Positions 26,979 through 40,290 of a stretch of DNA of 64,000 nucleotides are shown here, piece by piece. The translations under genes and the position numbers were made by a program. The notes under the pieces were generated by a model. That model made no database searches, was not told the origin of the DNA, and saw only the letters and a program-made list of their open reading frames with translations. The DNA comes from Octopus sinensis (taxonomy: Eukaryota). Numbering within the stretch: position 1 is the stretch's first letter; each line of letters starts with the position of its first letter. The stretch is from assembly GCF_006345805.1 (NCBI RefSeq), contig NC_043006.1, positions 5,022,001-5,086,000 of the forward strand. The letters run 5' to 3'.

Positions 26979-28522
26979 CACACACATTTACACATACAGA
27001 CATACACAGACTCTCACACATACACACACACACGAATACACATATATGTTAGTAATAATGGACAAATGAAAAAGTTCTTGATACTGTAATGTATGAATAA
27101 TGATGCTGTAGTGTATTCAGTTGAAGGTTATAGCGTTACTATTCAAATCAAACTGAATTTTGGTCTTATAATCACCTCTACTGGTTTTACAGTTCGAATT
27201 GTGGTTTATAAAATGTTCCTTCATATTTCATAAACGTGGCAAGGCGTCGGATGGAAGCTTTATCTCTCATTAGCTCACTAAGGTAATGCAAGTTTTGTTG
27301 TGATCTCGCATTATCATAAACGCTAAATAGCATTAAATTGTGAGTTTCATATGACTGAGAACAAAAAAACCCGTCCCTCTCTGTATTAGATTTAGAAGGT
27401 AAGTGATTGCAAAAATCTGTCTACAAGAAGTAAGAAAAAAGCAAAAGGGACTAAGTGGAATAATGTGAACGGAGGTCCAAGGAAAAGCTGATACTAATTT
27501 AATACAATTATACTTGATGAGGGAATACTACGCTGGGTGGGGGAAAAGTAAGGCACTATTACTGCTAGAGGCAGTCTCCTTGGCTTATTGTTTCCTTATT
27601 TGTATTCTAAATAGATACCTTATGATTTTGGAAACTGTGTTGGAGTATTAAATAAAGGCACTGTGTGTTAATATAAAGAGATTCTTTCAATGGATGGTTC
27701 TGTGGGTATATTATACACGCCAGTTAAATTTCATGAAGGGTCGTGCTAATCTCGTATTCTTTTAATCCAATAAGAGAGTTATAACAGTTTACATTTGCAT
27801 CCAGCCTCGAATGCACATGTATCGGCAGGTAGCGACATCTTAGGTGGGATCAGTTTCCTGTTAGCAGATCCTGGGTGATATGAAATTCTCAATTTAATTA
27901 AGTTTTGTGATAACGCTGAAGAAATCGAGATATAATAATTAACAGGAAGCAGGCACTCATTCGTTACCTTGTGCTGGCTAATGACAAGGAGACTTTCATC
28001 AATTTCTGTGTAATATTTTTTGTTTCTCCTAATAACTGTATTTCAACGTGGCGGGCTGACACAATTATACGATTTTAGTTAGAGGAAACCTGGAAAAGTG
28101 GCCAAACATTGGTTTCAGTCGGTAAGATTGGAAAAGAAATAAAATGGTTGGTCAGAGCCTTTTCACTGGTCAAAAGAAATAAACAACCCTCAATGAAACA
28201 TCCATTAATGTTACGTCGCCTGAAGAACTGAATCCACGAAGATGATCTACCCGATGCCCACGGATACTACGCACTACACTGTTATCATCTCAGGAGTGCA
28301 GACTGTGATCTTAAGAGACATGTGATCTGTGGAAACGCGCGTAGCAATGCATTAAAATATTTATAAATTCCATCCCAGGATTATTGTTATTATTGCTATA
28401 TTTATCCTCGATACAACCCCCCAAAAACTGGTTCACCAGTCAGCATCATGAAACTGTGGCCGGCATAATCGAATAGGAGCTTTATTTGCATATTCAAAAC
28501 GTTTCCCATAAACAAATTTAAG

Positions 28523-28585
<63 letters not shown>

Positions 28586-28586
28586 A

Positions 28587-28672
28587 GTGGAAGACTATAG
28601 TGGCACGCAGTGGGACTGAACCCGGGACCATGTGGTTGAGAAGCAAGCTTCTTACTACACAGCCACGCCTTT
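28587..28672 (-). mobile_element. SINE family A head fragment
   Basis: Reverse complement of the tRNA-like head. Confidence 0.8.
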
Positions 28673-28869
28673 GCTTACTTTTAAAACACACATCTTCAGG
28701 TTTCGGACCGAGTATATAAATGCCGACATCATGACTACTGACCAATGGTCTGTGAACACTCTAGAAACTGCTAGACGTGATATGGACACCTGCAATGGAG
28801 ACCACGAATGGTCAGCAGGAAGACAAGCAGCGGGCATTCTGACTGTATTAGCCTGCCGGAGTTCATCCT

Positions 28870-29280
28870 GACATGTCTGGAGAGAGTCTTAGGCTCAATG
28901 CAGACGGTTATATGAAGCTACTGGAGATTGTAGTCAATCCATGACTGGAAATAGTTGCTGCTGGAAGGCCATGTGTGTGGCGGCAGGATTCCGTTACATG
29001 CCATACCTCCGGAAAGAGTCAACAGTGGTTGTCGGAGAATTTCAACGACTTCACCAACCCCAATTTCTGGCCTCCTAATTCTCCCGATTGTAATCTCATG
29101 AATTAGTATATGCGGGGCAGGGTTGTGAAGGATATCAACCGCTCTGCCTGCAACCTGAAGGCCGAGCCAGTGGCCAACATCAAGGAGGTGTTTGAATATC
29201 TTCCGAGGGATACAGTAAAGAACGCAGGCACCAGGTTCCGTAACTGTGGTGGAAACTGAGCGCGGCTACTTTAAGTTAAT
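28870..29280 (+). mobile_element. maT (DD37D) Tc1/mariner transposase fragment
   Basis: RQDSVTCH...FWPPNSPDCNLMN, with 37 residues between the second D and the position of the third D. Confidence 0.75.
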
Positions 29281-29329
29281 TATCATCTTCCAGCCATGAT
29301 CTAGTTGATACTTCTTGATATTTTTAAAT

Positions 29330-29826
29330 ACTTATCTCCTCAAAGACATACATCATCTCGAAAGAGTCCAGAAGCTGGCTACCCGCATGGTTCATGGTCT
29401 CAAAAATTTGTCCTACGAAGAAAGGCTGAGGACGCTCGACCTTTATTCTCTTGAAAAACGCCGCCGCCGTGGTGATCTCATTCTCGCCCACAACATCATA
29501 AGCGGAAAGTGTAACCTCTCGAAAGAGCTGTTCTTCACTCCTGCTCCAGAGCGTCGGCTGCGGGGTCATTCCGAAAAGCTCTACCTGCGACGATTTCATC
29601 TCAATCGAAGGAGAGGAGCTTTCTCCGTCCGGGTTGCGGATCCGTGGAACAAGCTGCCAGACGAGATGGTGAAGATGCCGACGACTGCTTTGTTCAAAGC
29701 CTCCCTTGACCTCAAGTGGCCTAAACTCTTTACTTGAACACCACCCTGTACTTAACTCCATGTCCCCCTACATGGCCTTGCTATTTGCTTTTGAGCCAAA
29801 TTAACTAACTAACTAACTAACTAACT
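29330..29826 (+). mobile_element. 5'-truncated CR1-type LINE 3' end with (CTAA)n tail
   Basis: LERVQKLATRMV..LSYEERL..LDLYSLEKRRRRGDLI..LRGHSEKL..FSVRVADPWNKLP. ORF open to the stop at 29737. Confidence 0.92.
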
Positions 29827-30768
29827 TTTATTTTTAGATGAGATATCGTTTTCTTTGCCTTTTATGCAAATTACCAAATTTATTCCAAACACCTTGTAAA
29901 CGCATCTTTTCCAAAGTCATCAAGCAAGTCTTATTCTAGAGTGACATTTTTTTTACATTTATAGGCAGCAGAACCCTAAAGTATATGCAAAAAAAACTGG
30001 AAAATGTCATGATGGATATTTGAGACGGAAAAATCCTCCCTCTTTAGTATCCTGTCAATGGAAATGATAAGGGAGAAAAAACCTCTGCATCAACTCATTG
30101 CTGGATTAGATCTTCTGTGCCAAAAGACTATTGCATTACAGCCATAGCGATTGCGGCGTAGTCAATATGGAGGCTGGTAGCTGTTTTGGGTACAAAATCG
30201 TAGAGATCATCTATGATGTAGCATTACAAATTGAAAAGAAAGATAATTATATCTTATACCCCATGAAAGAAAAAAAAAACAAATAAGCAAAAAAGAGAAA
30301 GAAAGTATTCTTCCGATTTTTAAGCAATCATGGCTTGGAAATAAAAAATCATGGAAGTGTGAGAAGTGAAACAAAAATAATCATTAGTGCATCTTCTTTC
30401 AAGATCTAACAGACAAAAATCACTTGAGATGTCTGAGAAAAGATTTCAAAGACTTCTTCACATACAAAGCGGATATTCATAAGCACAGCATACATCCTCT
30501 GAAGGTTGTTGACTATTCAGTAAATATTCTAAGATGAAGCCTCGTGTAAGCAAAAACCTCACAAAATACTTTAAATGAAATCCTACAAAAATACCGTAGT
30601 ATCATGAAACAAGAAAAACGTAACTGAAAACCTCACACACCCAAATCATACAATGTTGAAGCTCGGTGGTACACGGAAAGCCTACACAAGTTTTATAATG
30701 CTAAAGATAACATAACATGTATATGTGCCGATACGACCACTTTAAACTTTGCCTTGTATTCATATATT

Positions 30769-30810
<42 letters not shown>

Positions 30811-30834
30811 CACACACACACACACACATACATA

Positions 30835-31234
30835 TACTCTTTTACTGTTTTCCTTTATTCAGTTATTTGACTGTGGCCATGCTGGAGCACCACCTTTAGT
30901 CGAGCAAATCAACCCCAGGACTTATTCTTTGGAAGCGTAGTACTTATTCTATCTGTCTCTTGCCGAACCGCTAAGTTACGGAAACGCAAACACACCACCA
31001 TCGGTTGTCAAGCGATGCTGGGGGACAAACACAGACACACAAACATATACACACATGTACATACATATATATACGACGGGCTTCTTTTAGTTCCCGTCTA
31101 CCAAATCCACTCACAAGGCTTTGATCGGCCCGAGGCTATAGTAGAAGACACTTGCCCAAGGTGCCACGCAGTGGGAATGAACCCAGAACCATGTGGTTGG
31201 TAAGCAAGCTACTTACCACATAGCCACTCCTACG

Positions 31235-31235
<1 letters not shown>
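30835..31235 (-). mobile_element. SINE family A, full length
   Basis: Head-to-tail match. Confidence 0.9.
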
Positions 31236-31289
<54 letters not shown>

Positions 31290-31292
<3 letters not shown>

Positions 31293-31600
31293 AGCCTGGT
31301 AGTATTCTATCAACGTCTTCAAGCAGCTAAGTTATGGGGTGCGCAAACAAACCAACATTGGTTAGGGTGGCAAGCACAACATAAAAACATACACACACAC
31401 ACACACATGCGCACACATGCACATGCACACACACACGCGCGCATACACGCACACGCACACACATATATACATACAGTCAAGCAAAACGGTCTTCTTTCAG
31501 CTTTCGTCTGTAAACCCGCTCTTAAAGATTTCGTCGGTCAAGGCCTACAGTAACTGATACACTCTGAAGTGCTGCTATGCAGTGGCACTTCGAGCAAGTA
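31290..31600 (-). mobile_element. Degenerate SINE family A
   Basis: Diverged match. Confidence 0.6.
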
Positions 31601-31633
31601 TTTTCTATTACATATATGTTTTCATACATAATA

Positions 31634-31664
<31 letters not shown>

Positions 31665-32183
31665 CATACGTACACTCTTCGGAGACGTCTGTCTTCTCTC
31701 GCATGTGATTTGATCTGAGTCCGTGTGTTGAAACTAAAACCAGTACAGTGTGGAATTAACATAGAAATTCAAACACACAAAGACTGCTAACTTCACTTCA
31801 ACATTTATTATTTAGTGTCAAACCTTACCTCTTTTGCTCATTGATAAGATTCTAATGTTCTCAATACCCTTTAGGAATGCATCTTTAAGCAGGAAATTTA
31901 TGCGAGTGCTTCATAAACCGGATCTCTAGGTGTGTTTGTGTCTGTCTGTTTGTATATACTAAACTAAGATGTCATACTGGAACACAGATGCGCTTCTGCA
32001 AATGTGTTTTCTTCGTACAACCCAAAGCATTGTGGCAGAGCAGTCGAATTACTTCGCCCCAGCGTAGCAGCGCACAAATGCTGCATTCTTCCTCTCTTTA
32101 AAAGCTAGCAGCGGGGGAATACACATGACGACTTCCGCCCAGCCGAAGGGCGCGAAAACTTACAATACTACCAGTTGCTGCTG

Positions 32184-32560
32184 TTTGCTGTTGAGCGAAC
32201 GGTCGTCGTCCCAGAGCTCGCAAGATGGGAGAAGTCCAAAACGTGGTCCTTTGCTATTCGTAAGACCCGCAGAAGAGAAAGCAGGTCAACGCCCGACACC
32301 GAGAGCATCGATGGATGGACGAATGCGCATCCAGACTCAGCGGTTGCGTAGGAATTCGGGGACAAGAAACAGGAAGAAAGAGTGAGAGAAAGTTGGGGCG
32401 AAAGAGTACAACAGGGGTCGCCACCACCCCCTGCCGGAGCCACGCGGGGCTTTAGGTGTTTTCGCTCAATAAACACACACAACGCCCGGTCTGGGAATCG
32501 AAACCGCGATCCTCCGACCGCGAGTCCGCTGCCCTAACCACTGGGCCATTGCGCCTCCAC
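32184..32560 (-). mobile_element. tRNA-derived SINE family C, tail type X, with TSD
   Basis: Head GTGGAGGCGCAATGGCCCAGTGGTTAGG..GGTTTCGATTCCC. Direct repeat ACTACCAGTTGCTGCTG at 32167-32183 and 32559-32575. Confidence 0.9.
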
Positions 32561-33464
32561 TACCAGTTGCTGCTGAGCTGTTGAGTGGCAAACAACGTAT
32601 TTGGTCAGTCAGTTGAAGACCTCGACGCAACGACCGTCAGCGAACAAAACTCTGTTCCAGTCAGTCAGCCAGCAGTTAGCAGAATACTTCATCGGGCGTA
32701 CAGCTATTTTCAGTGAAACTTCGGAAGGACGCTACACTTGACGGCATTATTCGAACAAGTGTGTTATTTCAGCGACTTAACGCTGTAAATTTCGTGATTA
32801 CATTAAGCTCGCACGGCGAATGCCGTTATTCTCTATGGATGGAACCTGCCTGTTAAACTTCTTACTACCCTTTACGCGGTATGCTTTTACCCATTTATGT
32901 AATAGTAGGTCCAATGGCCTTCCTTGACTCCTACATACAACAATTGTCTACTCTCATTGCAACCGAAATAAATTATGATGCTTGTTATAATATAACCCTT
33001 TGTGTGACATAACCGAAACTGCGTAATTATAAACATTTATACTTACCATACGAACACACGTATCAACAGCGCATATACAAATGTTCACACTTATATACGA
33101 GTTAAATCTATTTCGTCCATCTCAGCCACGAGTGGATAACCAAAATAATTCAGCAGCGAATAAATTTGGTTTAAGTGAACTCATATTTATCAATTATAGT
33201 CAAGGATAAAATATATAGGATTTTTACAGGTAGCTAGCATGTAAAAACCAATTTAGGTGAAAATTAAAACAAAGACGAAAGGAACTAGATTTACCTTGTA
33301 TATAAGTGTAAATATTTGTATGTGCACCGTGGATGCGCTGTGATCGTATGGTATGTGTAAATGTTCCTAATTATGTACTTTATGTCGTACTAAGGACTGT
33401 AAAGTGGTATTACATCGCTAAACCAGAAAGCGATCTGTCGGTAAACTTTCAAAAGTCCTTTTCG

Positions 33465-33772
33465 TCCATTCCCTCGGACATTGCCCCATCTGATTATCAT
33501 TTATTCCGCAATCTTCAAAATCATTTGGACGGAAAAAAATAATGAATTCTGTAGACGAGATCAAAGCAGTAGGAGAGGAGTATTTTTTGTCACGGACAAG
33601 CGAATTTTATAAGAGGAGCCTCGCAAGTCTACCAGATAGATGGAAGAGCATTGTAGAAAGTGAATGAGAGTATATTTTACATTAAAAAAAAACTTTGTTT
33701 TCCTTGATTTTTCAAAATGAAAAAAGGATAAAAAACCGTATTATTTATAGGATGACCCAATATAAATATATA
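33465..33772 (+). mobile_element. Mariner 3' fragment with right TIR
   Basis: SDIAPSDYHLFRNLQNHL. End TTTATAGGATGACCCAATA resembles the end at 48660-48680. Confidence 0.8.
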
Positions 33773-33781
33773 TATATATAT

Positions 33782-34085
33782 ATCACGTGATCACGTGACC
33801 GACCAGTCCATCAGATGTAGTTACACGTCGCTGGTCACAATGCGTTCGCATTGTTTTAGCCTTCGAATGACGCCACCCCACTGGCTAAGCGAGCAGGCCA
33901 ACAGAAGAAAGAGTGGGAGAAAGAGTGGTGAAAGAGTACAGCAGGGATCACCACCCCCTGCCGGAGCCTCGTGGAGCTTTTAGGTGCTTTCGCTCAATAA
34001 ACACTCACAATGCCCGGTCTGGGAATCGAAACCATGATCCTACGACCGCGAGTCTGCTGCCCTAACCACTGGGCCATTGCGCCTC

Positions 34086-34088
<3 letters not shown>
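33782..34088 (-). mobile_element. SINE family C, tail type Y
   Basis: Same head/core as 32184-32560, unrelated tail. Confidence 0.88.
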
Positions 34089-34116
<28 letters not shown>

Positions 34117-34339
34117 ACATATATATATATATATTTAGAAATAGCAGTTTAATACTATTCTACTACCATAAGATATCTCCCAGATAGCAATACTCTCAAC
34201 TCACACAGGCAAAGAGGAAAAAATAACGAATCCACCCGGCTTTGATTAACTATATACGCGTTTCTGGATTAAAGATATGTAAAATAACTCATACCTTATT
34301 TCCGTCAAAGTTGAACGGTGAACTTTTATGCTCCTTTTT

Positions 34340-34378
<39 letters not shown>

Positions 34379-34591
34379 TCCTCATTCCTTTACTCCTGTC
34401 CTCTTTGTCATCATTTTATTAATCTGTACCCTTCTCCTTTTCCCTATTTTTACCCGGTGACGGGTACTCTGGGATATCCCAGAAACAGATGCAAGACTTT
34501 GAATCTTTTCTTTTCCAATAATAATATTGTATATGACTTGAGATGTCTGCCTTACATTTACGTTTGTTGTCCTCTTTAACAATTATATGTA

Positions 34592-34677
<86 letters not shown>

Positions 34678-34971
34678 TGTATGTATGTATGTATGTATGT
34701 ATGTATGTTTTGTACAAGACATTGTAGATCTTCAGCTGGGCTAAAAAGTCACATTCGATCACAGCACCAGTAACAGTTAAGCTTCGTGCAATGGCCATAC
34801 TCGATAACGAGGGGGCAGCCATAATGTATGTATGCATATATATATATATATATTATATATACTTATATATATATATACATACACACACATAAATATATAT
34901 ATAATTTTATATACTTATTGCAGGCACATATGCATCCAAACATGCACACAATCTCATGCTTGCGCACACGC

Positions 34972-35016
<45 letters not shown>

Positions 35017-35241
35017 ACATATATATATATATATATTTAGAAATAGCAGTTTAATACTATTCTACTACCATAAGATATCTCCCAGATAGCAATACTCTCA
35101 ACTCACACAGGCAAAGAGGAAAAAATAACGAATCCACCCGGCTTTGATTAACTATATACGCGTTTCTGGATTAAAGATATGTAAAATAACTCATACCTTA
35201 TTTCCGTCAAAGTTGAACGGTGAACTTTTATGCTCCTTTTT

Positions 35242-35284
<43 letters not shown>

Positions 35285-35512
35285 TCCTCATTCCTTTACT
35301 CCTGTCCTCTTTGTCATCATTTTATTAATCTGTACCCTTCTCCTTTTCCCTATTTGTACCCGATGACGGGTACTCTGGGATATCCCAGAAACAGATGCAA
35401 GACTTTGAATCTTTTCTTTTCCAATAATAATATTGTATATGACTTGAGATGTCTGCCTTACATTTACGTTTGTTGTCCTCTTTAACAATTATATGTATGT
35501 GTGTGTGTATAT

Positions 35513-35560
<48 letters not shown>

Positions 35561-35900
35561 TGTATGTATGTATGTATGTATGTATGTATGTTTTGTACAA
35601 GACATTGTAGATCTTCAGCTGGGCTAAAAAGTCACATTCGATCACAGCACCAGTAACAGTTAAGCTTCGTGCAATGGCCATACTCGATAACGAGGGGGCA
35701 GCCATAATGTATGTATGCATATATATATATATATATTATATATACTTATATATATATATACATACACACACATAAATATATATATAATTTTATATACTTA
35801 TTGCAGGCACATATGCATCCAAACATGCACACAATCTCACGCTTGCGCACACGCATAACACACACACACACACACACACACACATACGACACACACACAC
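34085..35900. repeat. ~900-bp tandem duplication bounded by (CA)n
   Basis: TTAGAAATAGCAG.. at 34135 and 35037. Only a few SNPs plus microsatellite length differences. Confidence 0.95.
34702..34825 (+). mobile_element. Probable RTE-type LINE extreme 3' end (C2H2-like motif + 3' UTR). Duplicate at 35585-35708.
   Basis: CMFCTRHCRSSAGLKSHIRSQHQ* followed by ATGGCCATACTCGATAACGAG. Embedded in (TGTA)n. Confidence 0.55.
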
Positions 35901-37362
35901 ACCTTACACTATTCATCTAAAATTGTCGACCATAGAAAAACTCCTGTCAAACCTTTGACATAAATACCTAGAAAATGCGCAACGACGACATCTTGCTCTA
36001 CAATCCCACCCGACACAGTGAATCATATTTGCACCCTTATATTATCTATACTTTTCCAAACTACTGACTAATGATGAAAGGAAGTTCAGCAGCAACTATT
36101 GCCAGTCATCTCAATTCCTCTGCTTTTCTCAACGGATTCTTTTACAGTTTTATCTCTCGTCTGTTTACAAATATTTCACTTTCTTTTTTCGTGACTCCCT
36201 TTAGTAACGTTTGCAGTCTTAACATTCAAAGTGTCAAATTATCGTATTTTCAAAGATTGTCAGCGTTGCATTTTTAAAGTCACATTTTGCTTTCTTTCCA
36301 CACCCTTAAACACTAGAATATTTTTGTAATATATCTAAAACAAGATTTTTACAAACGCAGATTAATATAATTTTTTCTTGGTGAATTTTTACATTCTTCA
36401 ACGAACTCTTGTCTGCGTTAATAGTTAACAAAAAGGAAAACAAGTAAAACAAAGAAAAAAATGTATTTTCAAGGAGTGTTTGGAATATTTTCTATTAGCA
36501 GTAACTTGCTGCTTAAAATCTAGTATCACCGATTATACTTGTGGTACATGGAACATTTCAATCATCAATTTCGAAAAGAACAGAAGTTACCTATTTTGAA
36601 ACCATGTTCTGCCTAAATGTGTTTTCCCTTATTTTAGAATCAACTGCAAGGAAGCAGTTTTCAAATAAAATTAACTGATTCGTTATCGAGATGGATGTTG
36701 TATCTATAGCCTTTACGTGCTTAGAGAACCACTTCCAAAGAAGAATCACTCCACATTCTCTCGAAAGTTTATATATTCTTATGACGTCAACAACATATAA
36801 TTCTCGCTGGTAAGAATTAAGTTTCTAAAATGGATAGATAAATTCGCAAGATTGCTTTGGTGCAACGGAAGAATTTTTGTCACGTCAACAGGAGACGTAG
36901 CTTCGTGTCTCACCGACACCCTTCAGCTTTTTTCTATCTAAAAGACGCTTTCAACACAATATTTAAATGCTATTATTTATAGCATTCTAATTCCAAAAAG
37001 GAAATTTTTTTGTTGCTTTTCACATCAAAATTATTTGACTTGTAAACACTATTTTCCTCTGTTTTACAAATGCCTTTGATTTCATTAATTTCTCGAACAA
37101 GTGTCAATGAAGAAATTTCAGTTGAAATTTCTACATATTTATTTAAAAAGTACGCCTAGTTTCATACGTTAACTCATATATACTAAAGTACTATGATATT
37201 GATCGACAGATATTACCATTCACATAACAATAATCTTAATTTGACTTAGAAATAATCAGACACTGTCAATTCCGCTGCCTAATTGCGTGATCTGCACGAG
37301 TGAATATTAGAATATGCAGTCAACAGAATTTGCAGAATGGGCAATAAGTTAGTAGTAAGATA

Positions 37363-37559
37363 TACTCTTTTACTTGTTTCAGTCATTTGACTGCGGCCAT
37401 GCTGGAACACCGCTTTTAGTTGAGCAAATCGACCCCAGGACTTATTCTTTGTAAGGCTAGTTCTTATTCTACCAGTCTCTTTTGCTGAACCACTAAGTTA
37501 CGGGGATGTAAACACACCACCATGGGTTGTCAAGCGATGTTAGGGGGACAAACACAGAA

Positions 37560-37594
<35 letters not shown>

Positions 37595-37770
37595 CATACA
37601 TACATATACACGACGGGCTTCTTTCAGTTTCCATCTACCTAATCCACTCATAAGGCTTTAGTCGGCCCGAGGTTATAGTAGAAGACACTTGCCCAAGGTG
37701 CCACGCAGTGGGACTGAACCCGGAACCATGTGGTTGGTAAGGAAGCTACTTACCACACAGCCACTCCTAC
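37363..37770 (-). mobile_element. SINE family A, full length
   Basis: Head-to-tail match. Confidence 0.9.
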
Positions 37771-37959
37771 TGATAGTAGATATTAGTAGCAAGATTCTTT
37801 AGCAGTTAGATATGTTACACATATATACGCTACCTAATCAATGTTACCTTATCTATGTTACCCATAGGCAACTGCACCACGCGGGTTTTACATTCAGACA
37901 AGAATTTTATTTATGCCTACGTTATGTTTTGTATTATTTTATTATTTAAATCCAACGTA

Positions 37960-38200
37960 TATGTTTAATGTGGAGCACTTCACAGACAAGAGTGCCCTTA
38001 ACATAGTTCTCATTGAGGTTCAGCGTGGCACAATGTGTGACAAGGCTGACCATCTGAAATACAGGTGCAACCCATTTTTGCCAAGTGAGTGAACTGGAAC
38101 AACGGGGAATGGTGCGCTTTGCTGAAGGACACAATACCCCGCCTCCTATCGAACAACATTACAATTGCGAGACGAATACCTGTGACCACTACGCCACTCG
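37960..38200 (-). mobile_element. tRNA-derived SINE family D with tail type Z
   Basis: Head GAGTGGCGTAGTGGTCA, core TTGTGTCCTTCAGCAAAG. Tail shared with 57050-57325 and 60500-60866. Confidence 0.7.
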
Positions 38201-38251
38201 TGTTTAATTTATGAGATTTTCATCCCAGATCAACTTCTCCCCCCACCCATT

Positions 38252-38456
38252 AATAAACATTAACAACTGTGTGACGTGAGGGCTAAAGAGAAATGAATGT
38301 TGGAGTGGGCGGGGGGAAACATTAATTGCTGGAAAGATGCCGAAAAGTGTAACTTCGTCTGGCGAAGAGTCGTCAACCAACAGGGAAGCAAAAATGATTG
38401 GAAGTTTAATATTTAGCGATATTTCGGATTCTTCTGAAAAGGAATTTCCCCAATAT
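38252..38456 (+). mobile_element. Orphan 5' fragment (5' UTR / ORF1 start) of the Tx1 copy-2 family
   Basis: Reverse complement of ~43120-43326 (ACATTAACAACTGTGTGACGTGAGGGCTAAAGAG...GAATTTCCCCAATAT). Confidence 0.85.
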
Positions 38457-38589
38457 CATCGTTTATGAGCCAGGAAAGAAGAAATTTTCATTGTTTTGGT
38501 TTCCAACAATTTCCTTTGGTGGAAACTAATCAGAAGATAATTAATTTGTTCTAATGTTTTCTAGAGAAGAATGTTTGAATGTGTCCGTT

Positions 38590-38868
38590 GCAAATATATG
38601 GGAAACTACCACCTGTGTCATCTCTTGTGAAAGGTAGAAGAGTCCAGTTTGCTGGACATTGTTGTAGAGCTGAAAAAGAAGTAATTTCTACTCTTCTCCT
38701 CTGGAAGCCATCTACTCGCAATACCAGAGGGTGCACACTCTCCTACCCTGATGTAATCTCCAGGGATACAGGCATCCAGCAACAGGACCTCCGTAATGCT
38801 ATGATGGACCGTGAAGTCTGGCGTAGCATGGTAAATTCCATTGTCTCGACCACGGTCGAACAATGATG
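38590..38868 (+). mobile_element. 5'-truncated RTE LINE 3' end
   Basis: RRVQFAGHCCRA..DREVWRSMV, (ATG)n tail. 11-bp TSD ATGTGTCCGTT at 38579-38589 and 38869-38879. Confidence 0.92.
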
Positions 38869-39454
38869 ATGTGTCCGTTTGCTCACACCTATTCCCGGAA
38901 CTCAGTTCAGCAATTAATATATTAGAAACGACAGATTTGTAGTTTAAATGCAAAAGTATGAAATCCGAAACGTCGCCATGACATTTGGTAAATTGTGTAT
39001 TTTTCACTGTCTACCATTTTTAATTGCTGCTTTTTATAAAAACAAATCTCTGTTGACAGAAAGAGTATAATGTCTGTTGATGAGGCAGTTAATAGTTACA
39101 TCTCCGCCATCGTCATCATAATTGTTATGATTGGCTGTTCCGGCATCATCGTTCATGAGCCAGGAAAGAAGAAATTTTCATTTATTCATTTCATTACATC
39201 AAAATACCAACTTGACTCACATACTATTCAAAATGTTCTTCTATCCTCATTGCTGTAAAATCAGCCCCATTAATCTTTAAGTAACGTCCCTTGCTACACA
39301 ATATGTATCTCATCATATGGCCTTTTTAAATTCGAACCATAGCACATGCACACGCCTTCACATATGTGCGCACGCACGCACGAACACACATACATATAAG
39401 ATATGCATACTGTATAAGCGTGTATATGAGTTTGTACATTTGTATATATGTTTG

Positions 39455-39885
39455 TATATCCTTAGTCATTGCACGGTGATCGCCATAAGCTTTAATCCTA
39501 TGTAAAATACCATTATCATTATTTACAGGATTGTAAAACCGCGCCGCATAAAAAAACCCCATTTGCACTGAAAGCAAATAGAAAGCTTGTTTACATATAA
39601 AAAACACAAACACGAACTATTATAGTTCTTAAATTTGACAGGTAAAGGGAGAATCGCTGGTGTGAAGGTAATTGCGTTAACTAAGGGGCGTGGGTTCGAC
39701 TCCCACGCGGTTAGGAAATACTTTTTTTCTGTCGGGGGCTTATAGGCCCCATTTATTAAACTATTTTCCTTAGTCATTGCACGGTGATCGCCATAAGATT
39801 TAAGCTTATATAAAATACCATTATTATTGTTTACAGGATTGTAAAAACGGCGGTGTATAAAAACCATTCGCACTGAAAGCATATA
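39455..39885. repeat. ~120-bp direct repeats (39455-39590, 39765-39885) flanking a tRNA-like B-box segment
   Basis: CTTAGTCATTGCACGGTGATCGCCATAAG... twice. GGTTCGACTCCC at ~39692 followed by a T7 run. Confidence 0.75.
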
Positions 39886-39887
39886 TA

Positions 39888-40290
39888 TATCTCTATATAT
39901 ATAAAATTGAGAATGTGTGTCTGTCTGTCTGGCTGTGTGTTTCCCTAAAACTTGAGAACTACACAACCAATTTCATTCAAATTTTACACATGCCTTACTT
40001 AAGGTCCGGGGAGTGTCATCAGCAAAAATATTTTAACTTTTTCCCTAGGGCGACCCCACAGCAATATCATATCTTCTCCACTATTTCAGTATTACGTGTT
40101 AAAAGTGAAACAAAAACACCTCTCTTGTAATGCAGACATTCACTTTAATACTGAAACTATTAAAGTGAAAGTATTATATAACAGGGATGAACCATTAACA
40201 GTGGTCATCCATTTTGCTAGAAGGAGATCCGCTATGGTCTTATATGCAACACCACTGGTTTTCAATTCATATAAATCAAATTAATATTAA
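39888..40290 (+). mobile_element. Probable non-autonomous Helitron-like element (5' part)
   Basis: TCTATATATATAAAA start, (TGTC)n, then AACTACACAACCAATTTCATTCAAATTTTAC, a layout typical of Lep1/DINE-like Helitrons. Recognised by pattern only. Confidence 0.5.

Noticed and set aside
32480-32560. tRNA genes in SINE heads (also 427, 34000, 60800)
   Set aside because: Anticodon and acceptor stems are incomplete and the heads are fused to SINE bodies.
31980-32830. CpG-rich patch with ACTTCCGCCC as a host promoter (similar patch at 17.1-17.3 kb)
   Set aside because: No linked exon or ORF, and such short motifs are not diagnostic.
34702-34773. Host C2H2 zinc-finger gene exon
   Set aside because: Single finger with an immediate stop, no TGEKP linker, first Cys inside a microsatellite, followed by an RTE-like 3' UTR.
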